Assembly (NCBI GenBank): GCA_013239625.1
Contig: MU054212.1
Span: 2,108,001 to 2,172,000 of the forward strand
Direction of reading: 5' to 3'
Source of the DNA: Lama guanicoe
Taxonomy: Eukaryota
DNA: 64,000 bases
The notes below the pieces were generated by a model. That model did not search any database. It was not told where the DNA came from and worked only from the letters and a program-made list of their open reading frames with translations. This document shows positions 20,861 through 36,000 of the stretch, in pieces (position 1 is the first letter of the stretch; the number at the start of each line of letters is the position of its first letter). A program made the position numbers and the translations under genes.

Positions 20861-23800
20861 TCAGACATCGGACATTGACAGAAGAAAGCAAAACAATCTC
20901 AGCTTTGCCACTTAATTACCTAGCCTACCCGAGGCTCATTCTGTAAGATCTCTGGGTTCCGGTTTCCTTATCGGTAAAACTGTCAGCACAGTGCCTGGCA
21001 CAGAGTATTTCCATATTATCAGATTTCCTCAATAACCCTCTGAGGTATGAAAAAGGTAGTATTCTCAAGAAAAGAAGCCCCGAGCAACCTGCAGAAATTA
21101 TAACGGTATATGTAAAAGCACTGTGTAAAATGATATTGTTTATTTGCCGTTTTTGTTGTAGTTGTTCTCACAGGACTACAACAGTTCACGCGTAATTGGC
21201 CTTTAATTGTCCCATGATGATAACAGTGTTCACAGCCCATGATAGGCTGAGGACTGAGACTGGTCCTTGCTCTCCGCTATCCATTGTGTTAGCAGAGCGC
21301 TAAGAACACAGCACCTTCTCAGTCACGCTTACCAGGCATGAGCCTGCAGAAATCCTCCAGCTGCGAGGCTGGAGCTTTCTTTGGGAGTTTGTTCTACCTT
21401 CAGCTGCCTCTAAATGGCCTTTACCCCAGGGGGAGAAGATAGAATTCTCTGGGCAATAGAGCACATTACTAGAGAATCTATGCATAGGCTGTGTTACACA
21501 TTCGCAGAAATAAAAATGTACTGTTTCCAAAATGGAACATTATAATGCTAAAAATTAAGAAATATTCATTTTAATTTATGTTGGCAGTAAAACTGAGTAA
21601 TATGATCATGCAGAAAATGTCCTGGGTCTGTTGCAGAATAAAAAGTTGTTTTTAAAAAACTAACAACTTTGAGCACAAGGCAGTTTCTGTTTTCACTTTG
21701 CCCTTAAGAACTCATTGCACCCGTGAGTCTGAACCCATGAGAATAATAAAATAATTATAGTTTTATTTTACTGTATTCTGACACTGAATTTGATCCACTA
21801 ATGTCTGCATATTTCAGGTAGAGGCAAAAAATGAAATTGCCTAGATAAAGCTGATTTTTTTTTCATAATCTTAAATTCTCTCTGAAGAGAACTTTGTGGT
21901 CATTTACATATTTTTTTACTAAAAATTTCCTTGTTGATGATCTTTGTGCTCTGAACACACCAATAAATCCAACTGTCACAAACAGACACAAATCCCAAAC
22001 AATATTTTAAAAGAATTTATCAATTAATCAAGCAATGCTTTGTTCTGAATCTGTTGCCTCTGAGTGCAGACACTAGGAAAGAACATTATAAGAGTAATGC
22101 AAGTAGCATTTGTATTTGGACTCCTCTATCCCGGTCTTTATAAGAATTGATGACTTTTTTTGAAAGAAATATAGAGATTGGAAAGGAGAACTTTAAGGCT
22201 GCGCTGCACAGAAATTTCATGTTGAGATGCATCCAGTTCAAGGGTTAAATGAAAGCAAAGCAGTCCCTTCAACCATGTTTTTGAAGAAAATGAAACAGCT
22301 TGGTGTAAGTTAAATGAAGGGAGTCGATGACTTAAAAGAAATGGACAGATAGAGAAAAAGGTCACAAGATTAAATTTTCCCTGAGGGGAAAGTCCTTCTT
22401 TGGAATCATTAACCTCCTTCTAGGTCACTCCTGGAAAAACAGCGGGAAATCCTCTTGTGCCTGGAAAGATGGGTGCATCCCAGCCGCCCACTGACCCGGC
22501 GACTGGGAGACAGACCTGATGGTGCCCCCAGTTTCCCTTCAGGCATGCTTGATTTTAAGACCCCTGTTTCAAAGAAACAAGATCCTTTCTTTCTGAACTC
22601 TGAAATAACAAAATATAAAGTATGTTTTCAACATGAGAAGCCCAATGCTGTTTCCCACAGGACAGAGGAAATACATAAAAAGTCATGGCACTGTCTCCGA
22701 ATTGCAGTGATATTGTGAGTTTTTCCCCCATTTTTCGCACTTTCTATAAAATTTTCTGATAGTTCTTAAATTTTAAAAAAGTTATTAGTCTTTGCTTTAA
22801 AAATATGTAATCATTCAATATCCATACAGATCTTTCTGTTATTGTGTTAAGTAGTGTTAAGGAGATGTTCTTGAGAAGAGGAGGCAAACTTTTCTCTCAG
22901 TGCATTAATCACATTTGCAGCATATTTTCTGCAATTTGTTTACTTACATGCTGATTTATGAAAAGAGGAGGTAAGTATATTAAAAACTTGAGACTAAAAT
23001 GAAATAAACAAAACAAAACAATACAAAGTACAAATATATCCTAGCAAAATTATTTTTAAATATCTTAATTTTTCCAGCACCAAATTAGGAATAAGTATAA
23101 TTATCAATGTATAATTGATAAACAACATTAAGTTAAAATAAATCTGATTTCTAAACTTCAAAGTAATAGTAATTCCAGTTTTGTACCCAAAGCTTTCCTA
23201 ACATAATGCACTGTAAAGTAAAACTCCATGTTAAAAATAGAATGTGACTATTCATTGCAAAGCATGAAACAGTAAAATAAGCCGAAGTTAAGACAAAACT
23301 AAAAGCCCTGAAGAGTGCAAAAGCCCAACGTGAGAGTTTTCCCTCCTCTTCTTTGATGTCTTTAAATTGATACTAAGAAAAGGGACAAAACAATTTTAAG
23401 CGTTGCAAGGAAAAGAAAGATGCATAAACCACTCACTGCTCTACAGAGAAACACAAAGAGACTAGTGCTCTGCTCAGGTTTTGCCAATAGTTGTATGTTC
23501 TTTTCCAAATTGGTTCTAAAGCAAGAGAGAGTGTTAAAGTTTTTTTTAAAGACAAGTAGGCAATTTCACAATCCCTAGAGAATAAAGACAAACTGGAGCT
23601 TCGAGGAGAAGCGAAAGGAAAACACACTTTGTGAATCCGAACACTGTCCCCCTAGGTTGGGGACGGGCGCCTGCTAAATTCACAGGCCCTACTCATTCCC
23701 TCTTTGCTTGTGTTCACACACTGATTGAATAACCAAGAAGTAAGAATCTTAGACTGCATGCAGGTAACTTATTATGTAGTATAAATTGGGTACAAAGGTA

Positions 23801-26800
23801 ACAATTTCCTAACAGTGGTATGGTAAGAAAAAGAATTGTATGCCTCACTGTTTTCTAGCCAAAATGCATTTCTGAAGCAGGAAATCAAAAACACATCACA
23901 AACCTTACAACTAGACTAAACACACTAAATCTGCTGATATTAGTAACTGTCACAAGGCTGCCAGGCTCAGGGAGCAGCAGCTACTGACAGCTACCCACTC
24001 CCTACCTCAGAACACACTTCTCTCAGATACTTTGCTGAAGAAAAGTGAACAAATATTCCATTGTTGCTGCAGTTTATTAAATGGTCCCTTTGAATTCCCT
24101 GCAGACACTGCTTAAACAAAAATAACGAATGGGACACCCATTTGATGCACAACACAGATCTGAACTAAGAAGCAGAATAAAAGGTTTCAAGTGACATAGG
24201 CCAGAACACATTTGAGCACCCCCCCACCTAATAAATCACTAAAATGTCCATTCTCTACACTGCCTTTGTTTTCATTTACTTCAAAATACGTCGTATTAAC
24301 TCTTCACCCATTTTACCTTAATTTCTCGTTTAAATAGCAAAATATTTTTAAAATTTGAGGATCTGAAAAGTACCCAGCCCCCCCCACCCAAATACATATA
24401 TGATTCTGTTTCATGTGGACTTCTGTTTACTATAATGCCTACTTATTGTGGAGGCTTCATGAGATTTTATAATATCTGTCATTTCAAAATAAGGCTTATG
24501 TTTCTTTTCTGTTGATTTCACTTGAAGGGCAGATGTCTCTCTAGCATCAGTTAACTGTTGGCACAACATCTGAGCCATTTATTCACATGGCCAGACTTAC
24601 TCCTTTTAAGCTGACTCCTTTGTTTACAGCGATTTCGTTCCCACTGCTCACCAACCCGCAGCCCATATTTCTGTCTGGTACAAGATTAAGGAAAAGGTAG
24701 GAACTTCTCTAATAAGAGCACACGCTGCACTCTCAGGCAGGTACTCCTGGTGTCCGCCTTTCTCAGGAGATCACCATCAAGAAAAATGCCACGTGGAGCT
24801 AAAACAATTATGAAGGTGCCGATTATCACCTCCTAAAAAACCTTAAGAATTTAAAACTGAATGGTATATACCTCACAGGATACCTTTCCCTTTCCGTTGT
24901 TCCCCTTCCCTCCTCCTCAACAACCTCACCCCCCCAAAACAGTCTTCTGTTTTCATTTATCATGAAGATTTATAAAGTAACTGATATTAAGGAAGTATAC
25001 ATGAATAATTTTCTGACACTATGAAATTGATGTTTGATCACTGACATTCGTTTTATAGAAACTGTAGTTTCAAAATGAAGAGATTTGATAATTCTAGTCT
25101 GAAATAAAATTTCAAAAATGAGTCAGCTACAGTGAAGGAAAGACAAAGGAGGGGAAAAAAAACCCTCACAAAACCCCAACCGAAGACCTTTGAGTGAAAC
25201 GTTTTATTTCCAATTGTTTTCAATGCCTTGCTGATGAGAGGGTCTAGGAGGAGACTAATACATCTCACTTTAGCAGTACTAATTGTTTGCATTATCACAA
25301 TAATCAAATGCAGCCATATTAATCTCTCTGGTTATTAACTTGATTTTTACACATTAAGATTTAGATTTAATCCCCTGGGACCATCTATTAATGCTTTTAA
25401 AGTTGAAGGGTTTCAACAGTTTTAAGTTCTTTCCCTTCTTTTAGCTGCAGGCAGTAAAATTTGAACGTGCATGGAGTTTTGTATTTTGCATTCCTGGGGG
25501 ATTTTCAGACACAGTGCTGTCAAGGACCATGAATCATGTTAAAACATAGCAACCTCTACAGCTATTAAAATGTCTGCAATAATGTGATTATTTTAAAATG
25601 GAAAAACTAATATTACATGTGTTACTTAAAGATCAACTATTCTTTTAAAGTCACAGAGAGAATGCATTTGGAGAAAAAAAAAATGAAGTTGTTTTTTCAC
25701 ATGCAGCCAAAATGTGAAATGTCTCATCTACTGAGAAAGAAAACTTTCAGCTCTTTTTACAAAATACATCCTTACTGAGCTTCAGGTCAACAGAGCATAA
25801 AAATGGCAAAAAGTCCAAGATCAATACGCATGAAAAGCTGTTTTATTTCTGTTTGAGCAAGTTGTAGCGACAATGACCTGCTGGAACAGTCTTCAGTTTT
25901 CTGCTCTCATAGTCACAGAATGATGACATTCAAGCAGAAAACGGAGTTTGGCCTGTTCTGATAAGCTGTCAGTGTGGACCCGGCATTACAACTTGCCTTC
26001 CATTGGCTTGGGGCTCAGTCTTTAGAAATTTATTAAAATTATTCTGTAGGCAGATGTGCAGATAAACATTATCCAGGAAATTATTTGAAGCATTTGTATC
26101 ACAAGACATAGAACACAAGAAGAATAAAAGCGTTTTCTTTTCATGGCTTAAAGGGATTTAAATCATCTTAGCTCCCTGGTTTATACTGGTTTTTAAAAAT
26201 TAAGGATGCAAGTTAATGTATGCTTGTCACAGTTACTTCATTCAGTCAACAAATCATACCAGAGCTCAGGAATAATGTACCCCATAAATGATCAATATTT
26301 CTGAGATTTGCATGGTGTTTTTGTCTTATTTCTGAAATATCTCTCTCAATAAAAGAAACATAGCTCACATTATGTTATTATGTATATTTCCTATTAGTAA
26401 GGATATTTTTAATGGTTTTATTTTATAATTTCTTATTTGAGAATTAAAAACAAAAAAATCAGGTTTGGTATTTGAACATAATTTATCAAAAGATGTAAGG
26501 TGATATATATGACTATTTTTTACTTGAAAAGGCAGAAAGGTTAAGGAATTTCTAATGATCCCAAGCCTTGAAGCACATGCTACAAGTAATTTGGACATTT
26601 CCTCAAAGCATTTGGGCACATTCTGGAAGATATGATCAGGCACTCTTTTGCTTCTTCTTATTGGGCAAAAGCTTTCCAGACTTTCCATACATTTTCACAG
26701 GACTGATGACATTGGAACACATTAATTGTCCAATGGACAAAAAGTACTGAATCTTATCCAGTTTCTGTTACCTAAGGCTCAGTACATATACAGCTTGTCT

Positions 26801-27349
26801 GAGATTAGTCAGGCTGTAGGGTATTAGAGTAGCTGACTTTAGAGTCCTTGGAATAACTACTTCTAGGCATTACTAATACCCAGATGGGTGTACTGTTTAC
26901 CACTCTTCACATGCAGCCCAAATCCTAATCAGTCCTTTAGAAATGATCCCGCTAGTATAATGTTCAAGAAAGTCAATTACCTAGAAGCTTCCCTAGTCCT
27001 TTTTGAATCTTAGAACAATATTGATAATAAGGATGAGCAAGGACGAAGGATGTTCTCCTTGTTTCATCAACTACCTTGAGACATGTACACAAAGAATCCT
27101 ATAGGAATGAAAATGTAACCACTCTCTGAATAGTGTCGTCAGTCATTTCTAGCTGTGATTGGGTTGGAACCTGCCTCCAGAGTATATATATAGAGTTCAC
27201 TCCTTATAGGGAGGGTTCCGAAGAAGCCAGGGCAGACGTTTCTGTATGAACCTGATGAAAGCAAGATGAATCAATTACTTGCCAAGGCAGATTCTGCACA
27301 GACAAGATCTCATGTGTTCTCACCCCAACTCTGCAGAGCTTTATGCCAG

Positions 27350-27900
27350 TTTTAGGGTAAAAAAAAAAAGACTGGGGAGGTTCAACACTTGCCCAAAGTC
27401 GCCCAACTTGTAAGTGATGAAATGGAGACTCAACTCCAGATCTGTCTCATCCCAAAACTCATTCCCTTTCTAGAAAATCATGCTGCCTCCCACCTGGGGC
27501 TGAGGTCTGTAATAGGTGTTATACTCTTACTCTTTTAACAGACAGCTAAAGATCGGCTCAGGAACAAGCATGGGCTCTGGAGAGGCAGGACATCTAGAGT
27601 CTAAAGAAATTTTGGTCTAAATCACGGCTCTCACCATTATTGCATGACCTTTGGCAAGTTCATAATAATATACGAAGAAGGAGACACAGAAGGATGAGAG
27701 CTACTACTCCCTGAGCATGGACAGAGAAGGGACTAGACACTTTACAAAAGAGCTAATGTCACAACAGCACCTTGAAGTAAATTTTGTTTTCTCAGTTGTC
27801 AGCTAAAGAAACAGAAGCACAGAAAGGTAAGAAACTTGGCTATGTTTCTTAGCTTTTCTTCCAGAGAGGTTAATAAAGGCTTCTATTCCAGGTCTGCACT
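27350..27900. mobile_element. Cluster of MIR fragments
   Basis: MIR core motifs cacttgcccaaagtc (27386), tgacctttggcaagtt (27645) and gaaacagaagcacagaaaggtaagaaacttg (27808). Confidence 0.55.
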
Positions 27901-28808
27901 CCTCTGATTTCCTATAAATTTGGAGCATCTGATATATACATATATATATACAAGAAAAAAATTGGAACATCTGAGAATCTCCACATCTTTAAGATAGACT
28001 CATGGAGTGGTTGTGCTTCATAAGTGAGATAACATGAAAGACTCCCAGTGCCATTCTAGACGAATCACAAGTGATCAAGAAACGTTGATTTCTCCATCTC
28101 CCCTAAGAAAATAAAAGTGTACGATCACTCTATCAACTCCTTGCCATGGCTAAAGCCATTCTTTCTACCCCCACTTCTCCGGTCTTTCTTCAAGATGCCC
28201 CTCAAAATCAAATGTTTCCTCCTCCTGTTGAGCACATGGTATTTGACCCATATTTCTATTATGTATTGTCTCCTCCATGACATTGGGCCGCTCCCAGGTG
28301 AAGACAATACCTTACTTCTCCCTTCCCCCAGCACTCATTACTCTTTCTGAAACTGAGTAGTTGTTCATCAAATCATAGTGGAATGATAACACCCACAAAT
28401 GTTTATAGAGCACCATGTGGAAGCATCTCTCTACTCGGTCCAGACATGGCCAATGGAGGGCTTCCAGAAATTTCCAAAGGTAAGTGCATAGTCACAGCGA
28501 TGAGGCTGCTTAACCAGCATCACTCCCCCACCTCCTGGGAAGCCTGACCTCGCACACTCTGCTGATCACTGCGCACCCAGCTTCCATCTCAGCTCGGGCT
28601 GTGAGCCTGGGCCTGTGTTTGTAAAAAGCATATGTGTGGGTGATGATGAAAAGCACTGGTTTAGAGCTTCTCTTGCACCTGTGTCAGCTGGTGAAAGCAA
28701 GTTACTCTCATTCACGAGTGATGCTCCCTGATCTCATTTTTAAGGGGTGAGTGAAAAAGAAATGGCGAAGCAAACATCCAAAATCAGAGTCAGCAAATTT
28801 TACCTCTA

Positions 28809-29225
28809 TGTATTAGTCTGGGTTCTCCAGAGAAACAGAACGGATGGGATGTTAATTATAGGAACTGACTGATGCAGTTATAGAGGCAAAGAGGTACCAT
28901 AGTCTGGTGTCTGCAAGCTGGAGAACCAGGAAAGCCTGTGATACAACTCAGTCCAAGTCTGAAGGCTGGAGAACCAGAAGCTCCAACGCCCGAGGGCAGG
29001 AAAAGGCGGATGCTCCAACTCGCACTTCCTCTGCCTTTGTGTTCCATATGGGCCCCCGGTGGACTGGATGTTGCCCACCCACATTGGTGAGGGGGCTTCT
29101 CTTTACTCAGTCTACTGAATCAAATGCTGATCTCTTCCAGAAACACCTTCACAGACATGCTCAGAAATAATTCTTAACAGCTATCTCTTAGGCAGTCAAG
29201 TTGACTCATACAATGAGCCATCACA
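28809..29225 (-). mobile_element. ERVL LTR, MLT2-like solo LTR
   Basis: tgtattagtctgggttctccagagaaacagaac...ccagaaacaccttcacagac...cagtcaagttgac...ccatcaca; near-matching 5-bp flanks ctcta/cccta. Confidence 0.85.
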
Positions 29226-29744
29226 CCCTATTGTAAAGTAAATATAATGACTAATAATGCACTTGATTCTCTTGGGCTGGGAACTGGGCCTCTGCAACCT
29301 TGTGGAGAACAGCAGGCACCCAGGATGATTCCTTAACCTTTACCAGCCTTTCTCTGATGCTCAGGAATCATTTAAATACCCTGTGGAGTCTCAGCACACA
29401 TCCACTCTTCTGATTTCTGCCCTCCCCCCTCTCCTGAGAAGTTCTACCCAACTTGGGAAACGGTCTTACCTTTCCTGAAATCAATGAATAAAAACAACCA
29501 ACCAAACCAAAATGAGACAACCCAGGTGAGCATCTGTACCTCTTCTCCTCTCCTACCTCCCTCTGTCTCAACGTTCATCTTCTCCTTCACTTCTTTTTCA
29601 GGTGAAAGGGTCTTAGTCCTCATTTTAAGCTGACCTCATCAACAGAAACTCTTCTATCCTCTCCCACCGCCTCTGCTCTCCATTTCTCTATATTTTCTCA
29701 CTTTATTCTGCTTTCCAAACATGCAAACATTCCACTTTTTAAAG

Positions 29745-29923
29745 CAGTGGTTCTCCAAGTGAGGTCTCCAGACCAGCAGCATTGCATCCTCTGGGAACTT
29801 GTTAGAAATCCAAATTCTTGAGCCCATCCTAGAACTTGGATTCAGAAGTTCGTGAGTGGAATCCTGCGATCCTGTTTATTTCCAGCCCTCCAGTGATTCT
29901 GGTGAGTGGTTTGAGAACCACTG
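29745..29923. mobile_element. MER5A hAT-Charlie MITE
   Basis: Terminal inverted repeats CAGTGGTTCTC / GAGAACCACTG; internal ctgggaacttgttagaaat. Confidence 0.85.
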
Positions 29924-30104
29924 TCTTTCATAAAAGCCTCACAAGGTCCCCTTGTTCTGAAGCTACTTTCAAATTCTCTTTCTCCTTTAACTGTCAAAGG
30001 TCTTTATCAAGCAATCTTTGAACTATTCTTTTCTCATTTCCAATTTTTTATAGACTCACCTGAAATCCTGCTTTCATAGACCACCACATTCCTGATACTG
30101 TATG

Positions 30105-30345
30105 AGTGATGTGGTGGAATATACACTGGAATTGGGGATAGAAAACCCAACTTTAACTAGTGATTCACTGCTTCTTATGTATGTGACTTAGGAAAACTCC
30201 TTAAACTCTCTAAGCCTCAGTGTCTCCTCTTGCAAACTGGGAATAATAATACTGTCTTTACTGGATTGTGATGGAGATGAAATGAGATAACCTTGTGAAC
30301 GTATTACACTCAGTACAAGCAGAAGTTTAATAAATGCTTGCTAAA
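30105..30345 (+). mobile_element. MIR SINE, near full length
   Basis: tgtgactttaggaaaactccttaaactctctaagcctcagtgtctcctcttgcaaactgggaataataatac...gagatgaaatgagataa. Confidence 0.75.
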
Positions 30346-32539
30346 TTCAAATTAAAATGGTACACACACTTCTTATGTACTTTAGAAACAAAAAAATTTC
30401 AAAGATTTCATGGGCTGTGTGGTGAAAGATGTGTTTTCAAAAATCATATTAAGTGCCTGTTTATGTGACACATTTTCATGACTTCAGAAGGACCATAGTT
30501 TTGTTAAATATATTTTTATATGATTCTGAATAATTTGTACTCTTCCATGCAGGATTTATATTGTTCTTTTTTGGTCTCGATAGTTTTTTGTTTTTTGTTT
30601 TTTGTTTTTGTATTCTACAGAAAATTAGCAGAAACAAGCAAAGAAACATTGCTTCGTTCTGCTTTTTTCATTTTCATGGAGCTGAAATCAAATGAAATAA
30701 ATTACAACAGAGATTTAGGGTGTGTGAAAGAATAATCTCTCTAACCTCTTTAATCTCCATAAATCTGGCTTCCGCATTCATCAGTTTACAATCAAAAGTT
30801 CTTTTGTTACTGCTGCTGTTCACTAATGGAAAGAAATCTGGAGATCTTTGAGAATGCTCATCTTCTCGTCCTCTGCTGCATTTAGTGTGTTAACTGCCCT
30901 CTCCTGGAAATGCGTTACAGGATAATATTTTGGAAAGGGTAACCAGAGTTTTGTTTCATTTTGTTTTGCCTCCAAGTTCCTCTTTTCCCTCCCGAGACTG
31001 CCCTCACACCACTGTCCAGCAGGTGATTGGCCTGAGTTCACGGTCTCAGAGGAAGAGTAGAAAGCAGAAATACGGTGAGTCTCCAGCTGGTTTTTGTTTG
31101 TTTGTTTTTTGTTTGTTTGTTTATTTGTTTTTTTAATTCCAAAAGCCTAAACTCTTGGAGAATTTAGAGGACTGGGAAAGAGGTAAAGCATAAGATTCAG
31201 AGAAACAGGTGTTTTTCCTTGGGTCTGGGGAAAAGGGGAAAGCTGGAGGGGAAAGTGGTGGAGCCCTGAGAGGGCGTGGCTGCCTGCCGGCTCCTGGCTG
31301 AGGGCGCCATAAAGAGCCATGAGGAGACTCCTGTGCTGTGCCAATAGCAAGAAATTTGTGGGGGAAGCTGCCCGGCTGGAAGAGGAGTTGCCAGCAGTAA
31401 TGGGGACATGACAGTGATGACTATGGTGCAATGGCCCAGAATCAAATGAGAAGGGGGGCAGATTTCTCAAGGATCACATGAGTCAGTCCCCATAAGCCAC
31501 TGGCAGCTTAGCAAACTCCTGAAAGGAGGTGAGAACCCCAAGCTGGGCAGAAATAAGTTTCTGCCTCTTGCAGAATGGAGTCAAAACTCTGGAAGCTAAT
31601 TTGAATTATACGATAAAACTACACCTTCAGCTTGCTGGTGGACTACAGTTAACATCCTCTTCATGCCATAGTCTCCTAGTTCTGTGTAGTCCTTTTGTGC
31701 TCAGACTACTCCTCACCCAGAGTCACTGTGTGGAACCAAATACACTCAGTGAAGGTCCAAGCTCATGGAAAGTTTTCAGATTAGTTTTTACTGGAGAAAT
31801 TTCTATACCACTTGCATATAGATTCTAGCAGATTTCTTCCCTCAAGTCTTTTCAGCTTCCTTCAATCCTCATCACATCCCCACTGTTCTCACTTGATGCC
31901 AAAGAAGTGGCATTTAGGGTCAAAGATGGAGAATGAGTTGAAGTTAGCAGGCGAAGACTGAATAGGTGTAAGCAGGAAACGTATGCGATTATCTTGTTAA
32001 CTATGTCTCCCTCACTAGTCCAGTCTCCATGAGGCTGTATATTGTCAAAATATAACTAGTTAATTGTATGACAAGGCCCAACAAAGCATCTTATATTATT
32101 ATTAAAATATTAAATATTTTAACAACAAAAACTGGAAACAATCTAAATGTCCATTATAGAAGACTGGTGAAACAAATCATAATTAAATCATATGATGAAA
32201 TATTTGATCTGTTTGGACTAATATGGAAGACCTCAAAGATATTTAGCTCTGTGTTGTATGATTTCATTTATATACATACTTAATGGCAGATACATATGTA
32301 TTGTAAATTAAGATTTTTTATTATATAAATTAAGATTTTTAATGAAAGGATAGATATGCAAGAAACTGCTAACTTTTCTAACTTTGGGGAAAAGAACCAC
32401 AGGCAATAGGAGGGAGAATTTTATTTCGATTTTGCTTGGATTGGTTTCTTTCATAATGTATATGTGTAGCAGACATAGTCTGTTGCCTTTCCTCCATCCA
32501 TTTCCCACTTTTTTTTTTTTTTAGGAAAGAATAATTCAA

Positions 32540-33028
32540 CTCATTTCCCACTTCTTATGTTATCGAGCTACCACTCCCAGGGCTGGGACTCAGTCCTCAA
32601 CTCAGGGATAAGCAGTGCACAGTCCTAGGGTCTCAAGGTAATCTCGTTTACATTGCCAGTTTGAGGGTGGGCCGTGACCCTACGAGGTGAGAGGTGAGAT
32701 CTTCTGGGAGCCTCTGGGAGAGCTCGCCTCACTCTTGAGCAGACACCAGAAGACTTTGGTCTTTTTCTGGTCTCCAGGCTGGCACAGTCATTTTAGGACA
32801 ATGAAGGAAATTAGTCTTGGGGTCATGCCAAAGCTGAGGCTAAGAAGAAGACCTTTATCAGAAAGAAAAATCTGTATCATGTGTGCATTTGTTGAGCTTC
32901 TGATTATGCCAGCCACAGAGCCCCTTTCTGGCCAGACCTCTTGTTATAAGTGATAGTAAATTTTATTGTGGTTTAAACCACTGAATTCAGGTCATCACTG
33001 TTTGGAATCAGTTATCCTGTTTGATACG
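32540..33028 (+). mobile_element. Old MaLR LTR (MLT1H/J/K-like)
   Basis: gatcttctgggagcctctgggag...ccagacctcttgttataagtgatag...tttaaaccactg...tgatac end. Confidence 0.55.
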
Positions 33029-36000
33029 GTGTTTTCCAGGAATCGATGTACTGAGGGTAGAGCTCATGGAGTAAGACTGGACAGGCCCGGTGGGAGGAAC
33101 CCACGGAGTAGTCGGGACTGGTGACAGAAATCAGCGCAACCTGGGGGTGACTCCAACATGAATAGAAGGGCATAAGGTGGAAATCTAAGTTCTTTCTACT
33201 TCCTGCCTTCCAATTTCCACTTTCGTAAATTGATTAGTTTATACCGTCATGTATTTCACCTCCCCCCATAGATTCGAAATGACTTATGATCAAAACAAAG
33301 GGAGCAATAAACCCAATTAATCACTACAAGATAAAAGTAGAAACCAAGACAGAAAAGGCAAGACATAAGTTATATTTTTTAAAAAATACTTGTTGGCATA
33401 AACGGTAGTAATTGAGAACTTAGCTCTGGGTTTCAAATTTATCCATATATTCACCCACTTACACTTGCATCCTTCCAAGGAGGAAGGCAAGTCCTCAATC
33501 CTTCACACAGATATCGTCTCTATCTGTAGTCTTGTTATAAATTCTGAAGTTTCAAAAGAGCTATGAATTCAACTAAAAGGACTAGAGAAGACAGAGCCCA
33601 TCATATTGGCGAGAGTGGGGAAGTTCCTAACTTCTAAGGTAGGAAGAATGAGAAATGAAAGCGACTGAACCTGTTTCAGCAAAGGTTGATAGCACCAAAG
33701 AAAAAAGGCACAAACTTCAAGATTACAGAGCCACTCACTTTTTAAGAACCAAGACAAAACTGGCTCTTCTTATCTTTGTGTGAAGCAAAACTACAGAGGA
33801 AATCAGTATGTCTCTCCTACTCTGAATTGCCAAACACAGGAGGCAGTATCATCTGGGCAAAGGGAAAAGGTGTCTCCTAGTCTCCTCCAAAGTGTTCCTG
33901 GGAACCACACTCTTTATGCGTCTTTATAAGCATATCCCCTGGAGCCTCAGAGTTTCGTACAAGCCACTCATAAGACGAGGGTGAGGCGGTGGGGAAAAGG
34001 AAGAAAAAGAAAACTGACTGGTGGTCCTAGAGATTTACCTGTCCTTCCTCATGTTACCTTTGACAACCTTGATGGCCATTTTGTGCTCCTGTTTGTGCGA
34101 TGCTGTGTGTCTACTGGTGAGGGGAACAGACATGTTTGCGCCACAGGCACCGCATGATAAACCCCTGGGGCATATGTCACTGGGGCTTCAAGTGAGTAAT
34201 AATACATGGCTATCCAACTCTTACCTAGAGGATCCAATTTCTAATCAGTGACCACACTGGAAGCCCTCAATTTCCTCTATAAGCTTCCAAAAGACCTGTC
34301 AGGTAGCTTATTTGGTGATTTCTTGGCTTTTTAGTATCTTCTTTCCTCTTTGGTAACATGTTTTTTTTTTAACGAATGCTCTCTGTAGGGAATTAATTAT
34401 TACCTTGAAGAGTGTATTCATAGAGTTCCATGAGATATCTTAAAAATTATCAAACTCTTGACAGACCCACTATGCAGCTTTAAAAAACATCGTATAACAT
34501 ATGTGCAGATTGTTTCCAACTCTATTGAGTCAGAAAATTTTTATTTTGGGATATAAAACATTCTCTCTGAGCAGTCTTTCTCTCTCTCTCCCTGTTAAAT
34601 GCAGGAGTCAAGCTCACAGGCTGCTCACATCCAGTGCACGTGCCAGTGCACAGACTCATTACAGTTCTGTGTGAGAAGGAAGTTCTGCGTCCTGGGAAGA
34701 GAAGAGCTCTGCGGGTGTGGACAGCCATCAGTGCACGGGCACCTGTTTTGCAGAGAGGAGGGTCATGGTAGCCCACCTTGTTTGAGGTTTACAGAGCTTT
34801 TAAACAGGTGATAATCATGCAGTACCTCACTGAGGGACAATGGCACTGCTCCAGTTGCCATATTCAATACGAGACAACACAGTTAAATAACAGAAAGACT
34901 GCAATCTCTAAAAGAACAACAGCTGCAGTCCTGATGGAGACAACTTTCTCTCCGTAACTGAGAGCAGATCAGACCTTGCTGAGGTATGTACTGCATGAAA
35001 TGCCATGAAGTCTAATACTGGGAATTTGCCTTTTATGGAGTGACAGGATTTAAGAAGAGAGCAACAGGGACCCCAGCCTCCGACTCTACCACTTAAAATT
35101 TGGGATTGTGAGGATACATTTGGAAAAGGCTAGGAAAGAACCTCAATAGCCATTCTTCACTCTGAGATAAAAGGCAGTGCTGTGCAGTCTTGCCTCACGG
35201 GCTTGTTGAAAGGAGATGTCTTGGGGTTGAATCTGCAGGACATCGTTTACTAATGGCATGGTTTCAGGCCAGCAGTCTAACCTCTGATTGTCAGTTTCCT
35301 CGACTACCATTATCTGGCCATTGTAACCTACACTGGGATTCAGCATCGGGGCCATGACACTGAGGAGGCTGGGGGGTGCGGGGGTACACAAGGGAAAAGA
35401 CACCTGTGAGGAAGACATTTATGCCTGAGAACCTGATATTAGAAGAATGGGAAATAAAGTAAGTTATCTTCTTCAGGCCATGCCAGGTGAGAAAGGCTAC
35501 AGGCAGAAGCTGAGGGAGTTGTTTTCAAAAGATTTTTTTTTTCTTTTACACTTGGAGAAGAAGCAATGTAATTCAGAGCCTGAAGCACCAAATGCCAACT
35601 GAAAGTTGAGGAGAAAAACATCCTTTCCATCTCTGCGAGGGGTGCGATGGGTCTTCAACACAGTAAAACGAAATCTGTTATCATTTAGTGACATGGGATA
35701 GGTGATGTCAGAGAACCAGGAAAGGCACTTGAGGCAGAGAAATCACGTTCCCAAGAAAGGTCCTGGCAACAGAGCAGTGGTAGGGGGCTTTGCCTGGGTG
35801 GCTGCCTGGCAGAGGGTACCTCTCAGGATGTGTAGCAGAAGTATATGAGTTGACTAATCATGACTATGGAGAAGAGGTGACCCCAGAAATCCCCAGGGGC
35901 CAGTGTAAGGATAGCACCAAGGACCTCAAATAATGCAGATGGAGCCTCTGAACCAAGGACCTTAGATATTAATATCACCATGATCTTAGTCACATACCTA

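Noticed and set aside
31140..31900. Possible old LTR or exon-like GC-richer block
   Set aside because: I could not assign a family, termini or a splice structure with confidence; a Dfam search is needed.
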